NCBI GenBank assembly: GCA_963843575.1
Contig: CAWJKZ010000019.1
Location: forward strand, 416,001-480,000
Reading direction: 5' to 3'
Origin: an uncultured Acidobacteriota bacterium
Lineage (GTDB): Bacteria; Acidobacteriota; UBA6911
DNA length: 64,000 bases
The notes beneath the pieces are model-generated. The model searched no databases and was not told where the DNA came from. It saw only the letters and a list, made by a program, of their open reading frames with translations. The translations under genes and the position numbers were made by a program. Of this stretch, positions 1-9,393 are shown piece after piece (the first letter of the stretch is position 1; the number at the start of each line of letters is the position of its first letter).

Positions 1-496
1 GGAGATGGGATTCGGCCTGTCGCATTTCGGGACCCCGGGATATCTCGGCAGGGACATCGTCATTAACGACATGGGTCCCGTCGTCCCCCAGGGCACCTGG
101 CAGCACGACCGCAAGCCCCCGACGCCGGAGGAGGTCCCGTGGAGCACCGACGGGCCGTACTGGATCATTTTCCACGACCGCGACATCTCTATGGACATCA
201 CGGCGGCGGAGCGCCTGCTCAGCAGCCTGGGCGCCGGGGTGCGTTACCTCTCCGCCAACGAGTACGCCGCGTATCTCCACACCCGCATCGAAAGCGGGGA
301 GCAGCCCCTGTCGCTCTCCGTCTATTACGACGAGCACTACTGCCGGTACTTCGGGTCCCACGAGTCGAAGTGGGTCCTGCACGTCTCGGATGAGACGCGC
401 CGCGACCTGAAGAGTGCCTCACCCGAGAAGCAGACGATCACGATTCCCGCGGGAGTGGGACGGCACATCGTGCGGCTGGGGCCGCCCACGCCGTAG
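1..496 (+). CDS. Hypothetical protein, C-terminal part (runs in from the window edge)
   Basis: Open frame from the window start to TAG at 496 with high-GC codon usage, followed by a REP doublet. No family recognised. Confidence 0.6.
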   Translation, partial: EMGFGLSHFGTPGYLGRDIVINDMGPVVPQGTWQHDRKPPTPEEVPWSTDGPYWIIFHDRDISMDITAAERLLSSLGAGVRYLSANEYAAYLHTRIESGEQPLSLSVYYDEHYCRYFGSHESKWVLHVSDETRRDLKSASPEKQTITIPAGVGRHIVRLGPPTP

Positions 497-511
497 CCTC
501 AATCACCCCAG

Positions 512-590
512 GTGGGTCCGGGCTTCAGCCCGGACGTCTTTGCTATGTAGCGACCGCAAACAGCGTCCGGGCTGCAGCCCGGACCCACTT
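512..590. repeat. GTGG-REP doublet (REPIN-like), family 1
   Basis: GTGG-GTCCGGGC-TTCA-GCCCGGAC, a short spacer containing AGCGACCGCAAA, then an inverted copy ending CCCACTT. Lies between convergent genes. Confidence 0.85.
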
Positions 591-674
591 GGGGTCCCGG
601 ACGGAATGACTGCAGGGGTGGGAGCGGATCGTTGTCAGCGGGCGGGGGCGGGCCGCCGCGGCCTACTGGCTCAG

Positions 675-1265
675 CTACGGCACGATGCCGCGCAGCCGGG
701 AGGCGACGTCCACATCGGCGCGCTCCTCGGGCGAGGCTTCGAACAGAGGACGTCGGTGCAGCCCGGCCATCGGGACCAGCAACTGGTCGGGAAACTGCTC
801 CATCCGGACGTTGTTGATGTTGACGGCGTCGTTGTAGAACTCCCGGCGGTGGGCGATCTGTTCCTCCAGCCCGGTGATGCGCTGCTGCAGCTGGAGGAAT
901 TGGGTGCTGGACTTGAGATCGGGATAGTTCTCGGCTATCGCGAGCAGGCGGCCCATGCCGGCGCCGAGCTCGCGCTCCGCCTGGAGGCGGGCTTCGTCCG
1001 AAGCCCCGCGGGCAACCTGCGACCGCAGCGAGGTCAGACGCGTCAGGAGATCCCGCTCATAGCCGAGGTATGCCTTTACCGCGTCCAGGAGCTTGCCAAG
1101 CTCGTCGGCCCGCTGCTTGAGCAGAACGTCGACGTTTGACCAGGCCTGGTCGACGTTGTTTTTCACCTGCACGAGGCTGTTGTAAAGAGTTACGGCGTAG
1201 GCGAATATCCCCACCACGACGAGCAGGACGACAAACGCGAAAACGATCGCGATGACACCGAGCAT
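675..1265 (-). CDS. lemA: LemA family protein
   Basis: N-terminal TM helix, YNSLV..N.VDQAWSNVDVLLKQR, AIAENYPDLKSS, RREFYND.V.N motifs. Confidence 0.92.
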   Translation of the reverse strand: MLGVIAIVFAFVVLLVVVGIFAYAVTLYNSLVQVKNNVDQAWSNVDVLLKQRADELGKLLDAVKAYLGYERDLLTRLTSLRSQVARGASDEARLQAERELGAGMGRLLAIAENYPDLKSSTQFLQLQQRITGLEEQIAHRREFYNDAVNINNVRMEQFPDQLLVPMAGLHRRPLFEASPEERADVDVASRLRGIVP

Positions 1266-1295
1266 AACCGTTCACCTCTCCGGGGCTTCGTTCGT

Positions 1296-2684
1296 TCAGT
1301 TGAGAATCGCGTCCAGGGCATAGTAGAGGGCTCCGGCCATGAGCCCCGCGCCCACCATGAGGAAAATCCACATTCGGCGGTGGAGAGACTTGATCGTGTC
1401 GTGCTCCGTCCGGTCGGCGATGATGAACGGACGCCCCTGATCGCCCTTCCACACCAGGACGCGCTGGGGATCGAGGGCGGGCGGCGACGAGGCGCGGCCA
1501 CGGACTTCCTTACGGACCTGCCGCTTGAGCATGGCCCAGGCGAGCGCCGGGACGGCCGAGAGAGAGCCCGGCCGCGACATCGGGACGGGACGCTCGGTAG
1601 GCGAGGCCGGTCCCCCCGAGGGCACTCCGGCGGCAGCCTGGACGCGCCAGCTCTCCGCCAGCGTCCCCATCACGTACAGGGGCCCGCCCTCCTCCAACCG
1701 CCTTTCCGTCAAGTGCATGTGGTTTGAGTCGGACCTGGGCGGCCACCCTTTCCCGACCGACGCGAGCAGCGCCTGGGCCTGCGCGGGGACCTCCGCCTCG
1801 TGGTTGCTGCGCCAGCGCTGCGTTTGCAGGATCACCTCGGCCCCTTGACACCAGACCAGAACGCGTCCCGTCTCGTCCTCGAGTTCCACCGTGTCGAGCG
1901 GGGCGGATTCCCGCTTGAAGTGCGTCTGCCAGTGCCCCTTCCCGTCGCCCCCCTTAACCCACTGCCTGATCTCCGCCTGCCAGTAGACGCACGGCGTTCC
2001 CGAAATCGGGGACAACGACGGGTGCGCTCCCCGGGCCCGGCCCGAGAGCTCCGACAATCCGATCGCGGCGGAGTTCGCCTTGGCCGTCGGCGTGCCCGAC
2101 ACGGCGAGACGATTCCGGTATTCCATGAACCCACGGCGGAACAGCCAGGCGCCGCCGGCGAAGGCGTACAGGCAAACCATGTACTCGTTCAACAACAGGG
2201 CCATCAGGAACGCGCCCGCCAGCAGGGCGAGCAACAGGCAGACCAATACCCCCGCGATCAAAGCGAACACGAGCAGGGTGCGGCGGGCGCCGCCGGTGCC
2301 AAGCCGCCCGGGAACCTTGGCGTACGGCATCGCCTCACCCGCCCACCGCGGCCCGAGGAATGAGCGGACGTCCGCGACCAGGGCGTCGCGGGGAATACCG
2401 ACGGGAAGCGGGATGCTTACTTCCTTGTTCGGCCCGCCATTTTCGCGGTAGGCCATGACCAGCATCTCGCGCCGGCGCATCTGCGCGGCTATCTTCCCCG
2501 GGAAGGCTGCGCTGGCAGCGGACAGGTCGAGGACGGCGGTGCCGGCCCTGGTGACCGATGACCACGGGATCTGCAACGCCTGGTTCACGGGAGGGCCGGC
2601 TTCGTAGTCCATGCCGCCATGTTCGACCGCCAGGGTAATCCTGGTGGAACCCAACGGTGTGCTCTCTTCGTACTGTAGCCTCAT
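1296..2684 (-). CDS. GIDE-domain (E3 ubiquitin ligase family-like) membrane protein
   Basis: TPT.K..S.AIG..E.SG, SPISGTPCVYW, LEDETGRV, E.RL..G..LYVMG and PFIIAD..E motifs with flanking TM helices. Directly upstream of lemA, a common pairing. Confidence 0.75.
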   Translation of the reverse strand: MRLQYEESTPLGSTRITLAVEHGGMDYEAGPPVNQALQIPWSSVTRAGTAVLDLSAASAAFPGKIAAQMRRREMLVMAYRENGGPNKEVSIPLPVGIPRDALVADVRSFLGPRWAGEAMPYAKVPGRLGTGGARRTLLVFALIAGVLVCLLLALLAGAFLMALLLNEYMVCLYAFAGGAWLFRRGFMEYRNRLAVSGTPTAKANSAAIGLSELSGRARGAHPSLSPISGTPCVYWQAEIRQWVKGGDGKGHWQTHFKRESAPLDTVELEDETGRVLVWCQGAEVILQTQRWRSNHEAEVPAQAQALLASVGKGWPPRSDSNHMHLTERRLEEGGPLYVMGTLAESWRVQAAAGVPSGGPASPTERPVPMSRPGSLSAVPALAWAMLKRQVRKEVRGRASSPPALDPQRVLVWKGDQGRPFIIADRTEHDTIKSLHRRMWIFLMVGAGLMAGALYYALDAILN

Positions 2685-2741
2685 CGATTCAGCCGCAGGA
2701 AAGGCTCTGGTTGTCCAGAGGATGGATGTGCCGTTTCTTCG

Positions 2742-3344
2742 CTACTGTCGCTTCGCCGTGATCTCCATCATCTTCACTTCCCGCCCGGATGGGTCCTTGA
2801 CGAACATCTCGTTCCTGAAGCTGTTCTCGTCCAGCCAGCTGATGACCGATCGCATGCCGATTTTCTGTCCGCTCACGGGATCCCAGACGTCCCCGGTGAA
2901 AGTGCAGGTCTTCTGGCCGGCGTCGCAGGTTCCCGTCTGGTGCATGATGCCGGTGCCCATGTTGTCCACCCAGGAGCTGACGTACTGCTTCGCGACATTG
3001 TCGTAGCCGTCGGTGCCTCGCCCCTCGAAGGGCATCCCCATCATGTCTCCCTTCCAGGTGTGCTCGACATAGCGCCCTCCCATGAGGAGTTCTGCGTGCA
3101 TGGTGCCCGAGGACTCCGCCGGGGGCTGTGCGGGATCCATCCACGCCTTGTTGACGAAGGTCCAATTGCCAACCATGCGCGCGAGCGCCTTGTGCTGCTC
3201 GCCTGGGCTCATCGCTTTCATCATGGCTTCCATCTGTTCGGGCGGCATGGCCGGAGCCGCCTTCTCCTTGGTCTTGTCTTGTGCAACTAAAGTTATCCCG
3301 AACAGAAGCAGACACAGAACCACCATACGTTTTTGGATTTTCAT
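2742..3344 (-). CDS. DUF1579 domain secreted protein
   Basis: Signal peptide, PGEQHK.L..MVG.W, PFEGRG..GYDN..KQYVS.W.DNMGTG. Start taken at MKIQK. Confidence 0.85.
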   Translation of the reverse strand: MKIQKRMVVLCLLLFGITLVAQDKTKEKAAPAMPPEQMEAMMKAMSPGEQHKALARMVGNWTFVNKAWMDPAQPPAESSGTMHAELLMGGRYVEHTWKGDMMGMPFEGRGTDGYDNVAKQYVSSWVDNMGTGIMHQTGTCDAGQKTCTFTGDVWDPVSGQKIGMRSVISWLDENSFRNEMFVKDPSGREVKMMEITAKRQ

Positions 3345-3423
3345 TTTTTCCCCCTCCGTCGAAATGCGGGACACCCGAGCAACAATGGCAAAACCGTAGC
3401 ACCCCCCCGCCCACTCGTCAAGT

Positions 3424-3530
3424 GGGGACGGACCCGGGTAAATTTTTTAAATGGAGGATGATGCGGCCAAAACACCGTCGAAAGGGCGCCTTATTTGCGT
3501 TTTTGGGACCGGTTTTTTGAAAATAAGCCG
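3424..3530 (+). repeat. ~105-bp GGGGACGGACC/CTTATTT element, copy 1
   Basis: GGGGACGGACC at 3424, then GCCTTATTTGCGTTTTTGGGACCGGTTTTTTGAAAATAAGCCG. Aligns by eye to six other copies. Confidence 0.8.
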
Positions 3531-3560
3531 ATGCCGGATGACCGGATTTCCGGCCCTCAT

Positions 3561-3665
3561 CCGCTATTTGGCAAAAACGGGGCGAAAAATCTCAAATAAG
3601 GGCTATTTTTAAGGTAAAATTCGGCATAACCTGCTGATTCGTAATAGTTAATCTAGGTCCGTCCC
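3561..3665 (-). repeat. ~105-bp GGGGACGGACC/CTTATTT element, copy 2 (inverted relative to copy 1)
   Basis: Minus strand reads GGGACGGACC..AATCAGCAGGTTA..CCCTTATTTGAGATTTTTCGCCCCGTTTTTGCCAAATAGCGG. Confidence 0.8.
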
Positions 3666-3865
3666 TGATTGCGGTTTTTCCAGGATCCGAGCAGCAGCGT
3701 GAGGAGCGCGAGTCCGATTTCATCGGCGAAGGGGATGAAGTCCGGGACCACCAAGTCGACCAGCGTGACGACCGCCAGCAGGATGAACAACCCTGGGAAT
3801 CTCAGATTGAGCCGCCCGAGGAGCCGGCCGGCGAGGGAGGTGCGCTGCACCTGATCAAGAGGCAT
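3653..3865 (-). CDS. DUF6116-like small membrane protein
   Basis: LRFP.LF....V.LVDLVVPDFIPFADEI.L.LLTLL..SWK pattern. The last codons GRT* come from element copy 2. Confidence 0.7.
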   Translation of the reverse strand: MPLDQVQRTSLAGRLLGRLNLRFPGLFILLAVVTLVDLVVPDFIPFADEIGLALLTLLLGSWKNRNQGRT

Positions 3866-3973
3866 GCCCAACTCCCGCAAGGTGGAATCCCCCGAGGAGA
3901 GGGGCCTGTCGAAGGTCGTTTCGTGCGCGGCTCCCAGCAGGCTCCCCCGATCGGGTTTGCAGCGATCGCCGCT

Positions 3974-4570
3974 TCACTGCTTGGCGGCCGCCGGCGCCTG
4001 CATTCCGAGCGCCTCCATAATCCCGACTGCCTTTTCCTTAACCGACTGTGCCTTGGCGACGGCGTCGGTGAGGTTTCCCGCACCGTATGCCGTGGTGGCG
4101 TCAGTCCAGCTTTGGGTGAGCGTCGCGAGGCTGGCTTTCGCCTCCTCAAACTTCGCCTTGTCGATGTTGGCGGGGAGCCTCCTGGATTTCGAGAGGATCC
4201 CCATTCGGCTCTGGATGGCTTCGACCATGCCGGGCAACCCGCCGCTGAGGTCGCCCCAGCTCTTCATGAGCTCGTCCTTCTTGGCTGTCGCCGCGGCGGC
4301 CAGATCCTTGATTGCGGCCGGCAATCCCTGCGCGGCGGTGAGAGCCGCCTGGTAATCGCCCTTCTTGAAATTGTCCCTGGCGTTCTGGAGCGAAGTTTCA
4401 ATGGAAGCGAGTTGATCCGGCACGAACTTGGCCGCCTCGGGGCGAGCCGCGTTCAGCGCGTCTTCCGCCGCCTTGATGGCCGCTTCCGCCGGTGCTTTGG
4501 CTGTGTTGCAGCCGACGACGGCCAGCGACAGGGCAAGTACCAGCCCTGTTACAAGCGCGAATCTTGACAT
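3974..4570 (-). CDS. Alpha-helical lipoprotein (DUF4398-like)
   Basis: Lipobox VVGC, Ala/Lys-rich helices, A.K..P..L..AR motif, RBS GGAG. Confidence 0.7.
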   Translation of the reverse strand: MSRFALVTGLVLALSLAVVGCNTAKAPAEAAIKAAEDALNAARPEAAKFVPDQLASIETSLQNARDNFKKGDYQAALTAAQGLPAAIKDLAAAATAKKDELMKSWGDLSGGLPGMVEAIQSRMGILSKSRRLPANIDKAKFEEAKASLATLTQSWTDATTAYGAGNLTDAVAKAQSVKEKAVGIMEALGMQAPAAAKQ

Positions 4571-4683
4571 GACTTTTCTCCCGTTCGGTGCCTCCAGCTA
4601 AATCCGCAATCCGCTGCCGGTCGGAAGCACGGCCTTCAGGCCTGGATTTTCCGGCCGCGATCCAACTACCGCTGCCCGGATCC

Positions 4684-4875
4684 CTACGGGATCCGGAGTT
4701 TCTGTCCGACACGGATGAGGTTCGGGTCCTTGAGCACGTCCTTGTTGGCCTCGAAGATCTGCGTGTACAAGGCGGGGTCCCCATAATAGCGTTCGGAGAT
4801 CTTGGAGAGCGTCTCACCCTCCTGCACCTCGTGCCACTGGGTGGCGTCCCACGCCTTCCCTTTTTCGTCCGCCAT
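4684..4875 (-). CDS. Stand-alone LysM domain protein
   Basis: HEVQEGETLSKIS.RYYGD...Y.QIFEANKD.LKDPNLIRVGQKLRIP. AAGGAG RBS before the ATG at 4875. Confidence 0.92.
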   Translation of the reverse strand: MADEKGKAWDATQWHEVQEGETLSKISERYYGDPALYTQIFEANKDVLKDPNLIRVGQKLRIP

Positions 4876-4971
4876 GATCGCTCCTTTGTGGTGTCGGTAT
4901 GCGCGAGTATAGACACAATCCGATCGGGTGGGGTCACATTTTCTCGATCGGAAGTCCCCAAGGAGATTGCA

Positions 4972-5065
4972 TCGAGGCGCCGCCTGCAGCAATCTTGGCG
5001 CCGAGGCGCCGGACATTCCGGCCTTTGGACGTCGGTCAAAGCGGCGCCGAGGCGCCGCACTCCAC
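4972..5065. repeat. GGAG-REP cluster, family 2
   Basis: GCGGCGCCGAGGCGCCGCACTCCA plus internal GGCGCCGAGGCGCC palindromes, same as the copies at 20.7, 36.4, 54.7 and 58.1 kb. Confidence 0.75.
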
Positions 5066-5070
5066 AATTC

Positions 5071-6757
5071 TCACCGGGCGGGGGCGGGCCGCCCCCGCCC
5101 ACTGGCCGCCTCGAGCAGGCGACGGTGCGCGGCTTCGAAACCGGTCACGGTGGCGTCGTAGTCCGTGAACCCGCGGACGACCAGGGTGCAGATCTCGTCC
5201 GCGAGCTTCGGGTCGCGCGCGGCGACCAGGCGCAACAGCTCGTAGTCCTCGATACCCGCTCCCATGGCTTCGAAGCGGACGCTGGACCAGGGGCCGTCCT
5301 TGCCGGGGTACAGGATGTGCGAGTCGCCCGGCGGAAGATGGAAGTCGTGATAGGGCCCGTGCGGGGGGCAGGTGTTCTCGAACGGGTCCTGTTCGGGAAT
5401 GACCTGGTTGAGCCCCCAGTGCAGGTAACCGTCGAGCCGGTAGCGCCAGTTGGCCCAGTGCAGCAGCCGCGTGCGCAGGAGCTCCGTGTCGATGAAGCGG
5501 TTCAGGTGGCGGCCGCTGGGGGCGCAGCAGGTGTAGAACCAGACCGAGTCGCCGCGGCGGCGGTGGGCTTCGAACGCTTCCTGCTGTTTCTCGTAGCTCT
5601 CGCTCAACGGCACCCAGATGTCGACCGCGCCGTCCAGTTCGGGGTTGCCGAGCGCGTCGATCAGCGGGACGCCCGGCAGGAACTTGCGCACGGTCCCGGC
5701 CATGATGCGATAGTCGTCGAAGTCCTTGGGCGAGGGTTCGTCCACGACGTGCTGGGTCGCGAGCCCGTACCAGCCGTTGCGCCGGAGCAGGTCGGCCCAG
5801 GCACGCAGGTATTGCGCGAGGTACTCGTACGCCTCGTGCGACGTCCCGGGTACCGGTTTTCCGTCGACGTTCACGACGAATCGGGCCACCGCGTCCTTCC
5901 GCCGGTCGTGGCTGGCGATGTGCGGGAGTTCGATGTGGGTGAAGCCCTCGCCGAGGAACATCCGGATCATCCGCTCGCTTCTCGAGAAATCGAATTCCCA
6001 CGACCCCGGCCCGGTCTTCTTCACCTCGGGCCCTGCGGGAATGAAGTCGGTCTGGCGGCCGCGCCGCATCATGCGCGCGTACTGCAGGAGCATGTCCCAA
6101 TGCTGCTGCGACCAGGGAGCCACCCCGTGCACCCGTGCCATGTGACTGGTGCTGAACCAGTTGGTTACCCGCAGGTGCCCCTGCTCGGGAACGCGGGCGG
6201 CATAGACCTTCAGTGCGACGGCGATGTCGGCCGTCCCGCTGCCGGTCTGCACCCGGAGCCGTCCCCGCAGCTGACCCGGGGCTGCGTCCGGCGGGATCCT
6301 GAACGACACGTACAGCGCCCCGGTCTCGCCGCGGGCGGGGTCGCCGTTGCGCAGCGGGCGGAGAGCTTCGAACACCCGGTATGGCGCCTTGCGGGTCACG
6401 TAATCCGGGGTCGGCTTGTCCGGCGGGATCGAGCTGCAGGGCGGGCCGGAGTTCTCCGGCACCTTCACGTCGACGAGCTGATACAGCTCCGGGGCGAGTC
6501 CGCCCTCGACGCTGCAGGAGAGACGGCTCGCCCGGCTTCAGCCCGCGCAGCAGCACCTGGAAGCCCGCGCGCCCGCCGCGCGCCGCGTGCAGCTCCACCG
6601 AGCGAACCGGCGCTGCCGGGATCGGAGTGTCCGGATACAGCCACTCGTTGGCGCTCGCGGCGTGGTACTGGAGCGATTGGGTGAAGGCGAAAGTGCCCGA
6701 ACACAACAGCGCGAGCGGCAGCAACGCGCAGAGGGGCAACCAGCGGCGACAGGTCAT
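5071..6757 (-). CDS. DUF4091-containing glycoside hydrolase-like protein (GH123-like); frameshift near 6480-6530
   Basis: Signal peptide in one frame. VVDEP, WFYTCC.P...NRFID, GYLHWG.N, PPGD..ILYPG, SSVRFE....GIEDYELL in a second frame. Confidence 0.8.
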
Positions 6758-6823
6758 GGCGTCCTCCCTTGTCTCGTGCGTGATCGTAATCCGAGGGGGC
6801 CCGCAGCGCAAGCCGTCAGAACC

Positions 6824-6860
6824 CACCTCGAAGTCTCGAACGACTCGAAGAGTCTCGAAG
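6824..6860. repeat. CTCGAAG micro-array (also 10584-10620 and 45955-45980)
   Basis: CACCTCGAAGTCTCGAACGACTCGAAGAGTCTCGAAG is nearly identical to CACCTCGAAGCCTCGAAGGACTCGAAGGGTCTCAAAG at 10584. Confidence 0.75.
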
Positions 6861-6863
6861 GTC

Positions 6864-7127
6864 TCAGTGCAGGAGGGCGATCGAGCTGGTGAAGGCCACG
6901 GCCAGATAGAATGTGCCGAGGCCCAGGGCGAGGGCCGTCTCCAGCCACTCGGGCCAGAGTGTCAAGGGAGGGCGCCGGGGCTGCTGTTCGCGCCGTTGCG
7001 CGGCGAGGGCGGCCAGGCAGCGGGCGCGGGTGCGCTCGACCCTTCGCGGATCGGCGTCGTGCGTGCGCAACACGCCAAGAACTTCCTCCAACCTATCCCA
7101 AGGTTCCCGCATGGTCATCCCCCTCAT
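6864..7127 (-). CDS. Small membrane protein, putative anti-sigma factor
   Basis: ATGA overlap with the stop of the ECF sigma gene, and a single C-terminal TM helix. Confidence 0.6.
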   Translation of the reverse strand: MRGMTMREPWDRLEEVLGVLRTHDADPRRVERTRARCLAALAAQRREQQPRRPPLTLWPEWLETALALGLGTFYLAVAFTSSIALLH

Positions 7128-7696
7128 CCCGCTTTCGCCTGCATCGTCGCCGCCTCCGCGTCCATTTCGAGCGCCAGCCTGCGGCGCGCCCGCTCGAGCC
7201 GCTTGCGCACGGCCTCGGGTTCCAGGCCGAGCGAGGCGGCTGCCTCGGAGGGCGTCAACCCCGCGGTCCCGACCAGCAACAGCACTTCGCGGTCGTGCAG
7301 CGACAGGCGGGCGAGCGCGGCTTCCAGGCGCCGCTCGGTCTCGGTGCGCGCGGCTGCTTCGAACGGGGATTCGCCGGGGGCCGCGGGCCAGGCGGGCGTC
7401 AGTTCCGAGAGCCGCTCGGCATCGACGGCCCGGTGGCGGCACCAGCTCGCGTGCAGGTTGCGGGCCACGGTAAAAAGCCACGCCCCCAAAGACGTGTCGT
7501 CGGAGAGGTTCTTCGCGCAAGCCACCAGCCGCAGCCACGTCTCCTCGAGCAGGTCCTCGGCAACGTCGCGGCGGCGGCTGAGGCGCACGAGAAAACTGAA
7601 CAGGCGCGGACGGAACGCGGCGTACGCCGCCTCAAACGCGGCGTCGTCGCCGGCCTTGAGGCCGGCCACAACCCGCAGCTCGATTTCCCGTTCCAT
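7124..7696 (-). CDS. ECF RNA polymerase sigma-70 factor
   Basis: AEDLLEETW, AWLFTVARN (region 2) and L..L...REVLLL....GL...EAA..LG..PEAVRKRL.RAR (region 4). Confidence 0.93.
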   Translation of the reverse strand: MEREIELRVVAGLKAGDDAAFEAAYAAFRPRLFSFLVRLSRRRDVAEDLLEETWLRLVACAKNLSDDTSLGAWLFTVARNLHASWCRHRAVDAERLSELTPAWPAAPGESPFEAAARTETERRLEAALARLSLHDREVLLLVGTAGLTPSEAAASLGLEPEAVRKRLERARRRLALEMDAEAATMQAKAG

Positions 7697-7705
7697 AACC
7701 TTTAC

Positions 7706-7760
7706 AACGCGCGAGTCCGGCGAGCGTGACCCCCGGTCACGCTGCGGCGCGGCGCGCGTT
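7706..7760. promoter_or_regulatory. Back-to-back putative ECF promoters GGTCACG-N15-CGTT
   Basis: The same bipartite motif occurs on the minus strand (7731-7706, towards the sigma gene) and the plus strand (7735-7760, towards the 7794 gene). Confidence 0.65.
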
Positions 7761-7793
7761 TCCATTGTCGACAATAATACAAAGGAGGCTCAC

Positions 7794-8138
7794 ATGCCCG
7801 GACCATTCTTCTGGTTTGTCGTGTTGGTCGGCCTCGCCACCCTGGCGGCGGCCGTCTATTTCGCATTCCGTCCCTCGGAGCGAACACTGGCGGTGCTCCG
7901 GCCGCTGGGCGCCGCCACGACCTATTCGTCGCTGGCGGCCTTCCTGCTCGGGGTGGCCAACGGCCTGACCGGTCTCAACCGCAGCCTCGAGCGCGCCGCC
8001 GACCCCGCGGCCTCGGCCCAGGCCTGGCGCACGTTCATTTCCGGACTGGCCGAGTCGCCGGCGCCCCTTGTCCTGGCCTTTGCGATCCTGGCCGTCACGT
8101 GGCTGCTCGTCGCCGTGGGATTGCGCCGGCAGGCTTGA
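7794..8138 (+). CDS. Small three-TM membrane protein, likely ECF target
   Basis: AAGGAGG RBS, ATG at 7794, three hydrophobic segments, divergent from the ECF sigma gene. Confidence 0.8.
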   Translation: MPGPFFWFVVLVGLATLAAAVYFAFRPSERTLAVLRPLGAATTYSSLAAFLLGVANGLTGLNRSLERAADPAASAQAWRTFISGLAESPAPLVLAFAILAVTWLLVAVGLRRQA

Positions 8139-8146
8139 GCACGCAT

Positions 8147-8230
8147 GTGGGCCGCGGCGGCTCGACGCGGCCCACATGCTTCCGTCGTTGTTGGTCATTC
8201 GCAGGGCGGGGGCGGGCCGCCCCCGCCCAC
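8147..8230. repeat. GTGGG-footed GC-rich palindromes (related copies near 640, 5076, 37657, 42521, 47720)
   Basis: GTGGGCCGCGGCGGCTCGACGCGGCCCAC and GGGCGGGGGCGGGCCGCCCCCGCCCAC recur in several intergenic gaps. Confidence 0.6.
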
Positions 8231-8300
8231 GCTCTTGACAGCTTCGACGCCGGGGCTAGAATGAGCAGGCATCCACCTGCGACCCAGAGAGGAGAAGGGC

Positions 8301-9377
8301 ATGGGAATCTTCGACTTCATCAAAGGCGAACTGATCGACATCATCGAGTGGACCGACGACTCGCGCGACACCCTCTCGTACCGCTTCCCGGACGAAGACA
8401 AGGCCATCAAGAACGGCGCTCAGCTGATCGTGCGCGAATCCCAGATCGTGCAGTTCCTGTACCTGGGAGAGTTCGGCGACACCTTCGGGCCCGGCAAACA
8501 CACGCTGACGACCGACAACATCCCGGTCCTCACCCGCCTGAAGTCGTGGAAGTACGGTTTCGAGTCCCCCTTCAAGGCGGATGTCTACTACATCAGCACC
8601 CGCCTGTTCACGGGCAACAAGTGGGGGACGGCGAATCCGATCATGATGCGAGACGAAGACTTCGGCATCGTGCGCGCCCGCGCCTTCGGGACCTTCGATT
8701 TCAAAATCGTCGACCCGAAGCTGTTCCTCAAAGAGGTGGCCGGGTCGGACCAGAATTTCCGCCTCGACGAGTTCGCCGACACAATGAGGTCGCGCATCGT
8801 CAGCGTGTTCAGCGACGCGCTGGCCTCCGCGCGGATCCCGGTGCTCGATGTGGCCAGCCGGTACACCGAGCTGGGGGAGGCGCTCCTGCCGCTCATCAAC
8901 CCGGTCGTGAACGCGAAGTACGGCCTCCACATCAGCAGCTTCATCGTCGAGAACGTCTCGGTGCCGCCCGAAGTCGAGCAGGCGATCGACAAGCGTTCGA
9001 GCATGGCCGCCGTCGGCAACCTGAACGACTTCGTGAAATACCAGATGGGCAAAGGGATGGAGACCGGAGGAGGCGGCGGTGCGGCCGGGACGGCCAGCGA
9101 GCTGGCCGTCGGCTTTGCCATAGCCCAGCAGCTCATGCAGCAGACGCCTATCCTCGGGACGCCTCAGCCTGCGGGCGCGGGCGCGGCCGCCGCGGCGCCG
9201 GCGGCGCCGGCTGCCCCGGCGGTCGAACTGCTCGCCCCCGCCGACGTGGCGAAGATCCTGAACGTGCCCGAGGGCGACGTGATGGCCCTGATCCAATCCG
9301 GCGAGCTCAAGGCCAAGAAGATCGGCTCCAGCTTCCGCATCGCGCGCGCCGCGCTGGACGCCTATCTTGCCTCCTGA
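8301..9377 (+). CDS. SPFH-domain (YdjI-like) protein with C-terminal excisionase-type HTH
   Basis: IDIIEW, IKNGAQLIVRESQ, WKYGFESPFKADVY, KWGT.NP; tail LL...DVAKIL.V....V..LI.SGELKA.KIG.SFRI. Confidence 0.88.
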   Translation: MGIFDFIKGELIDIIEWTDDSRDTLSYRFPDEDKAIKNGAQLIVRESQIVQFLYLGEFGDTFGPGKHTLTTDNIPVLTRLKSWKYGFESPFKADVYYISTRLFTGNKWGTANPIMMRDEDFGIVRARAFGTFDFKIVDPKLFLKEVAGSDQNFRLDEFADTMRSRIVSVFSDALASARIPVLDVASRYTELGEALLPLINPVVNAKYGLHISSFIVENVSVPPEVEQAIDKRSSMAAVGNLNDFVKYQMGKGMETGGGGGAAGTASELAVGFAIAQQLMQQTPILGTPQPAGAGAAAAAPAAPAAPAVELLAPADVAKILNVPEGDVMALIQSGELKAKKIGSSFRIARAALDAYLAS

Positions 9378-9393
9378 AGCCCCGAAACCGCAC

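Noticed and set aside
675-2684. LemA-GIDE pair as a novel system
   Set aside because: This is a commonly seen gene pairing with nothing unusual here beyond an N-terminal extension.
4588-8138. Long ORFs 4588..6684 and 6381..8138, and similar antisense ORFs elsewhere (e.g. 18158..20809, 28513..31212, 54887..57598)
   Set aside because: Shadow frames of real genes in high-GC DNA with no family motifs. Only the last 114 codons of 6381..8138 look real.
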